42,383 nt of DNA, from positions 1 through 42,383 of the IMG/VR virus record IMGVR_UViG_3300034072_000964; one strand, 5' to 3'. The notes under the pieces are model-generated. The model saw nothing but the letters and a program-made list of their open reading frames with translations. It was not told the origin of the DNA and made no database searches. This document shows, piece after piece, positions 17,764-24,685 of the stretch (positions within the stretch are counted from its first letter, which is position 1; every line of letters starts with the position of its first letter). Position numbers and translations under genes: made by a program. Source of the stretch: a virus.

Positions 17764-17962
17764 GCTGTTGTTCCCTTATAGATTGGGCAACCATTCGATT
17801 AAAGCCTTGAGTAAATGAAACTTGCTCAGGGTATTTGCCAGCATAGAAAGCCTTGGCCATATCATCTGTATGTTGCTGATGAATAACAACCCATCCATTA
17901 GCCCTGAGCATACGCAACTGATCAACAGTTATGATATGCAATACCTTCAGCTTATCGGCCAT
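17756..17962 (-). CDS. Hypothetical protein
   Basis: 68 aa. The ATG lies 4 nt after the upstream TAG. Confidence 0.5.
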   Translation of the reverse strand: MADKLKVLHIITVDQLRMLRANGWVVIHQQHTDDMAKAFYAGKYPEQVSFTQGFNRMVAQSIREQQHG

Positions 17963-17968
17963 GCTCTA

Positions 17969-18139
17969 TCCCTCTATAAATTGGCAATGCGCTGATATAG
18001 TAACAGTTGGCAATTCATTAACAGCGCATCTGGTATTAATGGATACCACGCATGGAATCTGCTGGCCATCAGGCATAAGCGCAACCATGATACCGTCTTT
18101 AACTTTAACTCTTAAAATATTATTTAATTGATCGGCCAT
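17969..18139 (-). CDS. Hypothetical small protein (below the ORF-track cutoff)
   Basis: Hand translation from ATG 18139 gives MADQLNNILRVKVKDGIMVALMPDGQQIPCVVSINTRCAVNELPTVTISAHCQFIEG (56 aa). It fills the gap between the HNH gene and the next ORF. Confidence 0.45.
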
Positions 18140-18411
18140 CCATCGACTCCTGTTACCTTTACATCCTTGCCATTCTCTATCCGTTGCTTAGTCGCGCTAT
18201 GATGCGGATTGCATAGGGCTTGCCAGTTATTCTTTGTATCCCAGAATAGTTTCTGATCGCCCCTATGCGGAATGATATGATCAACAACTGAAGCGCGGCA
18301 TATGCGGCCCTCTTCCATACACATCCGGCAATTCGGATTGTTCTGAAGAAAAGTTTTCTTGGCTTTTTGCCAACGGCCATCATATCCGCGCTCAGCTGTC
18401 TTTTTACGCAT
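18124..18411 (-). CDS. HNH endonuclease (terminase-associated type)
   Basis: 95 aa. CRMC...VDHIIPHRGD...NWQALCNPHH is an HNH/zinc-finger motif. It lies upstream of the terminase genes. Confidence 0.85.
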   Translation of the reverse strand: MRKKTAERGYDGRWQKAKKTFLQNNPNCRMCMEEGRICRASVVDHIIPHRGDQKLFWDTKNNWQALCNPHHSATKQRIENGKDVKVTGVDGWPIN

Positions 18412-18421
18412 TGCCCTCTAC

Positions 18422-19216
18422 TCAGCTAACCGCTTGCCCATCATCCTTTGGATTGGGATGCGTACCATTGAAGATATAATGATATTCTTTACCTTCAATC
18501 ATAAAACGCTTTTTACGCTCTGCCAGATCATAGATATTGGTAACATCAATTGCGCCATCAGGAACATGATCAATTACTTCCAGCGCCATATTTGGAAGAT
18601 CTTCAATCTTATCCTTGCGCGCATGAGCCTGAGCATCTGAATATTTCCCTTCAGCATAACGCTTGCCCAGCTTCTCAATATTGCCTTCCAGGGTTTCTTG
18701 CCTTGTAATGCCAAAGATCTGGCGCAAGCCTTCCAGGAAAAATTCAATATCTCCCAGCTCTTCAATTACATTTTTGCGATCCAGCGCCTTGTTATAGATT
18801 GTCCACTTTTTCACGGCATCAATCAATTCGCCAGCTTCCCCAACAACGCCAATGGCCATATGAATGGCATCAGCTTTTTCTGGGATCATAGAGTCGATAA
18901 TGTCCTGTCCTGATTTTTTCAGATTGGCAACCATATCTTCAAATATGATTCTATCTGATTGCGTTCCGGCCATATCAGCCAATCCGATTTCTTCCCCTGT
19001 ATCATTAGTCGCATTTTGTCTTGGCTCAAATTCAGGATCAAACATCTGAATGAATTTAACCGCATCCCCGCGATCCGTAAATTGTGTTCCATAGATAACA
19101 TTAAGCTCAGCGCTAAATGTTGAATTGCGGCCATGATAAAGCTGAAGGCCGGATTCATCTTTCTCAGAAACAATGAAGCCATCAGCGGTTGTAATAATAG
19201 AAAATTGGGCAGTCAT
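18422..19216 (-). CDS. mazG: MazG-like nucleotide pyrophosphohydrolase with N- and C-terminal extensions
   Basis: 264 aa. The central AIHMAIGVVGEAGELIDAVKK...VIEELGDIEFFLEGL...GNIEKLGKRY is a MazG EExxE/EExxD core. It is flanked by ~100 and ~60 unassigned residues. Confidence 0.7.
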   Translation of the reverse strand: MTAQFSIITTADGFIVSEKDESGLQLYHGRNSTFSAELNVIYGTQFTDRGDAVKFIQMFDPEFEPRQNATNDTGEEIGLADMAGTQSDRIIFEDMVANLKKSGQDIIDSMIPEKADAIHMAIGVVGEAGELIDAVKKWTIYNKALDRKNVIEELGDIEFFLEGLRQIFGITRQETLEGNIEKLGKRYAEGKYSDAQAHARKDKIEDLPNMALEVIDHVPDGAIDVTNIYDLAERKKRFMIEGKEYHYIFNGTHPNPKDDGQAVS

Positions 19217-19245
19217 ATTTTTAATTCCTTATCTTGTTAGTTGGA

Positions 19246-19497
19246 TTATTTGTTGAGATTGATAACATTATCTTCAGCAACAGATTTTTTTCTTTTCAAA
19301 TCTGAAATTTCAAAAATTGCTGATGCAATCATATCATCCGGCTCTGAATGAAATTCAACAACGGATTTATGATTTCCTTTTTTATCAAAGATAGCCTGAG
19401 ATTCCCCCAGAGCTTCAGCATACGCAAAATGCGCGGCTTGTCTGCTATCAGTATCAGTTGTTATTTTGCCATTAAGCAAAACTTTATATTTAGCCAT
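19246..19497 (-). CDS. Hypothetical protein
   Basis: 83 aa from ATG 19497, with an AAGGAG RBS. The track start at 19518 lacks an RBS. Confidence 0.55.
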   Translation of the reverse strand: MAKYKVLLNGKITTDTDSRQAAHFAYAEALGESQAIFDKKGNHKSVVEFHSEPDDMIASAIFEISDLKRKKSVAEDNVINLNK

Positions 19498-19511
19498 TTT
19501 GGACTCCTTTT

Positions 19512-19523
19512 GTCGCATTGGTT
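19512..19523 (-). promoter_or_regulatory. Leader 12-mer AACCAATGCGAC (copy 1 of 3)
   Basis: Lies 14 nt upstream of ATG 19497. Near-identical 12-mers are at 30661 and 30816. Confidence 0.5.
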
Positions 19524-19531
19524 ATTTAGGC

Positions 19532-19581
19532 AAGCTAAACCGATTCATAACCTTAATCAACAAAAATAATATTTATTATTT
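19532..19581 (-). promoter_or_regulatory. Promoter-like module A: A/T 20-mer, TTGATT, N17 containing GAATC, TAGCTT
   Basis: The minus strand reads AAATAATAAATATTATTTTT-G-TTGATT-AAGGTTAT-GAATC-GGTT-TAGCTT. It aligns without gaps to 30595..30644. Confidence 0.45.
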
Positions 19582-19968
19582 ATTTTTATAAGGGGAAACT
19601 ATTCCTAAAACTTTAAGCCAGCCATCCATAGGGGATTCAGCATAAACGGTATAGATCCGGCATCCGGCTTTTTCCATCAGCTCATGTAAATCAATTTGTT
19701 CCTGGGAACGCTTAGCAGGTTTCTTTTTTGTTTTATATTTCAGCTCTATCCACAATGGGCCATCTGGCAGGATAAAGCATAAATCAGGCCATCCGGCCAA
19801 AGCGCTCAGGCTTGATTCCATACGGCCCCTTACAGTCTTGCTAGATCCGTTCTGATCGCCATGAACCGTATAGCCATCCTTGCGCGCCATCGAAACAATA
19901 AAGGCTTGAATCAACAGCTCTGACCATTTCAGGGATGCATCAGCGGGATCTTTATTTAAAAACAACAT
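19576..19968 (-). CDS. VRR-NUC domain nuclease
   Basis: 130 aa from ATG 19968, with GAGG 7 nt upstream. GWPDLCFILPDGPLWIELKYK...SQEQIDLHELMEKAGCRIYTVY fits the VRR-NUC PD-(D/E)xK motif. Confidence 0.7.
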   Translation of the reverse strand: MLFLNKDPADASLKWSELLIQAFIVSMARKDGYTVHGDQNGSSKTVRGRMESSLSALAGWPDLCFILPDGPLWIELKYKTKKKPAKRSQEQIDLHELMEKAGCRIYTVYAESPMDGWLKVLGIVSPYKNK

Positions 19969-19980
19969 AAATGGCCTCAA

Positions 19981-20064
19981 ATGGTTGTTAATGGATAAGA
20001 ATGGATAAGAATAACACAAGAATTATATATATAAGTTATTGATATATATATTATATTATATTTC
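19981..20064. other. Candidate replication-origin-like region: 10-bp phased repeats plus a ~95% A+T tract
   Basis: ATGGATAAGA occurs twice in tandem (19991-20010), preceded by the degenerate copy ATGGTTGTTA. A 44-nt tract (20021-20064) is almost pure A/T. The region sits in a 269-nt gap next to the primase-helicase gene. Confidence 0.3.
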
Positions 20065-20237
20065 TTTCCCTCTTTCCCTATCTTATACATACTTTTTCTT
20101 TTTTGTCCCCTTTTGGGCGGGGCGCTTTTTTCTTTGGGAGAGGGTGTATAGGGGAATCTGGGAAAGAATTGCCAGTTTCCTTTTGAATCAAAAACTTAGG
20201 GTAATAATTCTTAGCCCGATTTGAGCATGGTCAACAA

Positions 20238-22421
20238 TTATTCGACAATCGAATAAGTGAGGGCGCGCCGCCCCCCGCCTTTGCCGCCTGTTGGCTGGGT
20301 AATCTCTATGGAGCCGCGATCAACAAGGCTGATTATTGCCCCTTCCCGCTGTTTTGAATCCATGCGGCGAGTTAAGCGGCAAAGTCTGGACTTGTCAACA
20401 GATCCACCGGAACGGCGGATTGCGCTCAAAATGTCATTGCAATCTTTTTCATGCTGGGAATCGGCCAGATGCTCTTCCACCATATCAATCATAAATTCAA
20501 CCGATTTCATAACCAGCGCCTCAGCAAAATCCAGATGCTCAGCCTTGATACGGGGCGCAATCTGATTTTCCGTTATGGCCAGAATCATGGCGATCTTAAT
20601 CACGTTTTCCCGATAGCGCCCCCAGAGCGCGCCAGCGTTGTTCCGATTCTCTTCCATCTTGGCATCTTCAAAATCGCCCATATCGTCAATACGATCCTGA
20701 AGCCCTGGCCATTCAACAACAATAGCATCCGGTTGAATGAGGCCGCTATTGGGCGCGCCGCCCTTGAAAGCCTTCCATGCGTTAACCAGCCATTCAGGGG
20801 GCGCTTGATAGACAACCCCGCGGCGGCGCTTTGGATTGTCCTGAGCGGCCTTTAAAACGATAAAGCGGTTCAATTCGCCGGATGTAATCGCATCCCTGTT
20901 GATAGCGCTGGTATATTTTTCCATTGTGGAAATGCCAAAGATGCAAAGGTTGGGGCTGGCAATGATAATTGGCTCAGCTTTCGTATCCGCATATTGCGCG
21001 CCGATATAGCGCCCAGATGATGCGCTATAAAGCTCAGTAATATTTTTGCTGGCAACTTTCATATGCGAAGCGCCGCGCTTATCCATGATGGCTTCCATCA
21101 TCATCCCAAATTCATCAAGATGCATGATCTGGGATGGCTTTTTGAAAACCGCCGTTAAAAGACCAGATCCAGACGCGATTGACTCCCCGCCAATAAACTC
21201 TTCCAATCCGGCATCAGCCAATAATTCTTTGATGCAAACTTTAGAATGGTTTTTCCCCGCGGCGGTTCCGGCAAGGCCAACTGTATAAATGTTTGTTCTG
21301 GTATTCATGGGGCTTTTATATCGCCGCCCGAAAACAGCGCCCAGCGCGGTAATCGTATTTTGAAGAGCTAATTCAGGCTGGGGCTTTTGCGCTGTTGATA
21401 AAATCCAGTTTACCGTTTCGCCAATGATGCCTGGAAATTCATTCAGCGGAATTTCAACCTTCTCTTCTTTCGATGTTTTGGATCTGAGAATATTTTTAAC
21501 GGCATCAGCGCCCATGTTGTAAAGCGTATCATCAACAGGCTGGATATAATTGTATCCATTCAAAACAGCCCTATCAACAACCGTTCCCATTGTGATCCCG
21601 CCGCCCTTGCGAAATGATCGCCAATGGAAATCACAATCTTTAACGCCTTTATATTTTGAACCCTTGGCGCTCCAGTTATTGAAGAGGCCGAAATCAAAGC
21701 CGCCATCAAAAAGACCCATCCCGATCTGAATCCAATCGGTATAAGTGCAATCTGGATCTATGAAGCTGAGCATTTCCGCAACATCATCATTAGACCAATC
21801 GACATTATCCGACTCGCCTATCTCTATATGCTCCGGCTCAACTTCTTTATGCCGGATAAGATCAATCAACCATTCCGGCGCATCAGCTATTTGCCAGCCT
21901 TGCGATTCATCCCAGCTGTATTGATTGCCTGAAGCGTGTTTTGAAGGGGGGCCAATGATATATCCGCCATCCCCTCTAACGTCTAAATTTTTCCCCAGCT
22001 TTGATGTACGGGTAACAATCTTTATTCCAGGATGCTTAAAGATAAGATGTTTCCCGCGGCCCGTTAAATTCGTAAGAGTTTTTGGAAGCGCGCCATGCTC
22101 AGCTTCCAGCGCATCAAGTGATTCTTCCCCGTTGATTCCATCAACATCAACCGCGAAAATCCCAGATACTTCCCCTGTAACGATTCCAATATTGAAATCT
22201 TTGGAGCCAAACATTTTGCGAATCTGAAACGCATCAGCGCTGGCATCTTTCAAGCCATTCTTTGTTGCCGGATGTTTGCCAATCTGTTTTGCCTGAGATC
22301 CGCCAGGAACATGATCAACATTGCCGCAAGTGCAAGAGCCATCAGATTGAACGGAATGAATCGGGAATACATGAAAACCAAATTCAGATGCGTATGATAG
22401 AGCTTTGGATAGTATTGTCAT
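20238..22421 (-). CDS. Bifunctional primase-polymerase (Prim-Pol) with PriCT and DUF3987-type helicase/NTPase domains
   Basis: 727 aa. FHVFPI...GKHP...FAVDVDG...GGYIIGPPSKH is a Prim-Pol signature. WIQIGMGL..WSAKGSKY is PriCT-like. GLAGTAAGKN is Walker A-like. Confidence 0.85.
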   Translation of the reverse strand: MTILSKALSYASEFGFHVFPIHSVQSDGSCTCGNVDHVPGGSQAKQIGKHPATKNGLKDASADAFQIRKMFGSKDFNIGIVTGEVSGIFAVDVDGINGEESLDALEAEHGALPKTLTNLTGRGKHLIFKHPGIKIVTRTSKLGKNLDVRGDGGYIIGPPSKHASGNQYSWDESQGWQIADAPEWLIDLIRHKEVEPEHIEIGESDNVDWSNDDVAEMLSFIDPDCTYTDWIQIGMGLFDGGFDFGLFNNWSAKGSKYKGVKDCDFHWRSFRKGGGITMGTVVDRAVLNGYNYIQPVDDTLYNMGADAVKNILRSKTSKEEKVEIPLNEFPGIIGETVNWILSTAQKPQPELALQNTITALGAVFGRRYKSPMNTRTNIYTVGLAGTAAGKNHSKVCIKELLADAGLEEFIGGESIASGSGLLTAVFKKPSQIMHLDEFGMMMEAIMDKRGASHMKVASKNITELYSASSGRYIGAQYADTKAEPIIIASPNLCIFGISTMEKYTSAINRDAITSGELNRFIVLKAAQDNPKRRRGVVYQAPPEWLVNAWKAFKGGAPNSGLIQPDAIVVEWPGLQDRIDDMGDFEDAKMEENRNNAGALWGRYRENVIKIAMILAITENQIAPRIKAEHLDFAEALVMKSVEFMIDMVEEHLADSQHEKDCNDILSAIRRSGGSVDKSRLCRLTRRMDSKQREGAIISLVDRGSIEITQPTGGKGGGRRALTYSIVE

Positions 22422-22427
22422 TAGAAC

Positions 22428-22646
22428 CTAAAATGGGCAGGGGGCCAGCTCGTTAAATTTTTCTTTCCAGTTTGAAATAATTTCCTCAAGAAATGTATTC
22501 CATTCATCAGGGGATAATTTTGCCAGATCTGTTTTGTTTATATAGTCCAGATAAGCGCCGCCATTCTCCCCAGCATATTCCAGAGCTTCAGCATGAGCCT
22601 TTTTAACATCGGCTTCATATTGCTCTTGAGAAAAAGGATCTATCAT
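22428..22646 (-). CDS. Hypothetical acidic protein
   Basis: 72 aa. 4-nt overlap with the upstream ORF. Confidence 0.5.
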   Translation of the reverse strand: MIDPFSQEQYEADVKKAHAEALEYAGENGGAYLDYINKTDLAKLSPDEWNTFLEEIISNWKEKFNELAPCPF

Positions 22647-22813
22647 AAATATTTATCCGATTCGTTTTTCATGTACTGGCAAAGATCCGCTGAGGGGCTT
22701 AGGCTTGCGACTCCCTGAGCTTCAGCTTTCTTTACCAGCGCTTTTTTGTAATCCTTCCAAGTCTTATCAGGACTCGAAATCATTTTTCGGACTGTTTTGG
22801 ATCTTGTTGCCAT
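22643..22813 (-). CDS. Hypothetical basic protein, first gene of the leftward block
   Basis: 56 aa from ATG 22813 (MATRSKTVRKMISSPDKTWKDYKK...). The longer track ORF (to 22975) would overlap the divergent gene start and has no RBS. Confidence 0.45.
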   Translation of the reverse strand: MATRSKTVRKMISSPDKTWKDYKKALVKKAEAQGVASLSPSADLCQYMKNESDKYL

Positions 22814-22939
22814 GTATTGTGCCTTATTGTGCTTTGTTATCGGGTGTAACTTTTTTTCAACTTTTCTGTTGACTTGATTTTTATACGGGTTTATTGCTGG
22901 ACTTACAACTGAAAAATTTAACAAGGAAAACAAAACATC
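22814..22939. promoter_or_regulatory. Divergent control region between the leftward and rightward gene blocks
   Basis: A 126-bp gap between divergent starts. TTGACT lies at 22869-22874 with TATTGC 17 nt downstream. TATTGTGC is repeated 10 bp apart at 22815 and 22825. Confidence 0.35.
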
Positions 22940-23770
22940 ATGGCAACTAAAAAAGATACGGCTGATAAATCTCATTCAGCAATGGTTGAAGAGCTTGATG
23001 CTCTTCCAGGCGTGACAACAACAGGCGGATTGCCGCCGCGCATTACAATTTACGGCCCCCCTAAAATCGGTAAATCATCTTTTGGCGCAATGGCCGACTC
23101 GCCGATCTTCCAACAAGCTGAAGATGGCCTTGATGCCCTGAAGGTTCCCGCCTTCCCAAAATTGGAATCGTTTTCTGATGCAATGAAAAATCTGGAAAAC
23201 CTCGCAACCAAAAAGCACAATTACAAAACCATTGTTACAGATTCGGCGGATCATCTTGAGCCGCTTATCTGGAAAGAAACCGCCGCCAGCGAAAACCTGA
23301 AATCAATTGAAGATTTTGGATATGGCAAGGGCTATATCAAAGCTCTTGATTTATGGCGGGAATATTTTGAAGCCATTGACTATCTCAGATCTGAGCGCGG
23401 CATGACTTCAGTAATGATTGCCCATCATCAAATCAAACGCTTTGAAAGCCCTGTTACTGATGCATATGATAAATATGAAATCAAACTTCATAAAAATGCA
23501 TCAGCGTTGCTAATCGAAAATTCCGATATTATTCTTTTTGCCAATTACTTTGTTGGCATCAAGAAAGAAGCCGATTCATCCCGCCAGAAAGATGATGATA
23601 AGCGCAAACGCGCAATCGGCTCAGGGGAACGCATTCTTTATACTGAAGAGCGCCCAGCATTTTCAGCCGGAAACCGTTACGGGCTTCCATCTGAAATTCC
23701 ATTTGATAAAGATGGATCTTATTGGGGCGTGATCGCCGATCATGTCCCATTCTTTAACGCCAACAAATAA
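22940..23770 (+). CDS. RecA-fold ATPase, AAA_24 / Sak4-like recombination protein
   Basis: 276 aa. Walker A is YGPPKIGKSS. TIVTDSADHL is Walker B-like. Followed by a DUF669-type gene, as is usual for Sak4 modules. Confidence 0.75.
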   Translation: MATKKDTADKSHSAMVEELDALPGVTTTGGLPPRITIYGPPKIGKSSFGAMADSPIFQQAEDGLDALKVPAFPKLESFSDAMKNLENLATKKHNYKTIVTDSADHLEPLIWKETAASENLKSIEDFGYGKGYIKALDLWREYFEAIDYLRSERGMTSVMIAHHQIKRFESPVTDAYDKYEIKLHKNASALLIENSDIILFANYFVGIKKEADSSRQKDDDKRKRAIGSGERILYTEERPAFSAGNRYGLPSEIPFDKDGSYWGVIADHVPFFNANK

Positions 23771-23781
23771 AGGAAACTGAA

Positions 23782-24333
23782 ATGGCAAAACTTGGACAAG
23801 TTGTTAACGCTGATGAAATTGAAGAGCGCAAAGGCTATGAACCTTTACCGCCTGGAGATTATACGGCAATGATAACGGAAAGCGAAATGAAGCCAACCGA
23901 TCATGGCCAAATGCTCGTTCTCACATTGGAAATTCAAGATGAAGAGTTTAAAGGCCGCAAGATCTTTGAACGCCTGAATATTGAACATTCCGGCAAGGAT
24001 ACCAGCGCAAAAACTGTTGAGATTGCTTATCAGGTTTTGGGCGAAATCATCCGCGCTTGCGGCAAGAAAACCATCAAAGATACTGAAGAGCTTCATAACA
24101 AGCGCCTCAATATCAAAGTACGGGTTGACGCGCCGAAAGAATACACTGACAAAAAAACCAAAGAAAAGAAAATGGGAACGGCTCAAAACAGCATTTCCAA
24201 ATATTCTGTTTTTGGATCTTCAACCGCCTCAGCTCCAAAGCAAAAAGCTGTTGAAGATAATTCAGAAAGCGATTCATCTGAAGGCGGCGAAACATCCGCG
24301 CCAGCTGAAAAGCCTTGGAAGAAAAAGAAATAA
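23782..24333 (+). CDS. DUF669-family protein (SSB-like partner of Sak4)
   Basis: 183 aa. LPPGDYTAMITESEMKPTDHGQMLVLTLEI..GRKIFERLN fits DUF669. Acidic, low-complexity tail. Confidence 0.65.
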   Translation: MAKLGQVVNADEIEERKGYEPLPPGDYTAMITESEMKPTDHGQMLVLTLEIQDEEFKGRKIFERLNIEHSGKDTSAKTVEIAYQVLGEIIRACGKKTIKDTEELHNKRLNIKVRVDAPKEYTDKKTKEKKMGTAQNSISKYSVFGSSTASAPKQKAVEDNSESDSSEGGETSAPAEKPWKKKK

Positions 24334-24348
24334 ATCAACAATGTAAAA

Positions 24349-24372
24349 GAGCGGCCCAGCGCCGCCCTTTTA
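24349..24372 (+). terminator. Putative intrinsic terminator after the DUF669 gene
   Basis: GAGCGGC-CCAGC-GCCGCCC is followed by TTTT. The T run is shared with the left arm of the 19-bp inverted repeat. Confidence 0.45.
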
Positions 24373-24467
24373 TCCATGCCCTGAAATGGAATCTGACTTG
24401 AAAGCCAGATCCATCTGAGTCCCCGCGCTTGCGGCATTTGGCTTATACTCAGGGCATGGATAAAAGG
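24366..24467 (+). other. Structured 102-nt element closed by a perfect 19-bp inverted repeat
   Basis: CCTTTTATCCATGCCCTGA (24366-24384) pairs with TCAGGGCATGGATAAAAGG (24449-24467). The 64-nt interior holds two further hairpins: ATGGAATCTG/CAGATCCAT and CTGAGT..CCGC-GCTT-GCGG..ACTCAG. Confidence 0.6.
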
Positions 24468-24484
24468 AAAAAAGGAAATCTGAT

Positions 24485-24685
24485 ATGCAATTCATCCTTG
24501 TTATAGTTGCCAGCGCTGGAATGGTTTATCCATCAATTGCTGTTGATCATATCGGCCATCTATCCCGCGCCGGATGCGAAACTGTGGCGGCTCAGCTGGA
24601 AGGCAAACCGAATATAAAGGCTGTATATTGTATTACATCCGATCAAACTTATACCAATGATGAAGCTGAAGAGGCGGCGCAATAA
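24485..24685 (+). CDS. Hypothetical small protein with hydrophobic N-terminus
   Basis: 66 aa. AAGGAAA RBS. The stop abuts the next ATG. Confidence 0.55.
   Translation: MQFILVIVASAGMVYPSIAVDHIGHLSRAGCETVAAQLEGKPNIKAVYCITSDQTYTNDEAEEAAQ

Noticed and set aside
20107-20130. CCCC-TTTTGGGC-GGGG followed by CGC and a T6 run, as a possible terminator
   Set aside because: The stem is only 4 bp and the T run is not adjacent to it. On the coding (minus) strand there is no T run at all.
20039-20224. 61-aa plus-strand ORF in the AT-rich gap
   Set aside because: It has a TTG/ATT-rich low-complexity product, no RBS, and the wrong strand for the surrounding operon. The region looks regulatory or origin-like.
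22643-22975. 110-aa version of the first leftward ORF
   Set aside because: The extension would overlap the divergent Sak4-like gene start and consume the whole control region. The ATG at 22813 gives a compact 56-aa protein.
24183-24437. 84-aa minus-strand ORF crossing the inverted-repeat element
   Set aside because: It overlaps the DUF669 gene antisense and its product is poly-Phe/Ser low-complexity. The region is better explained as structured non-coding sequence.
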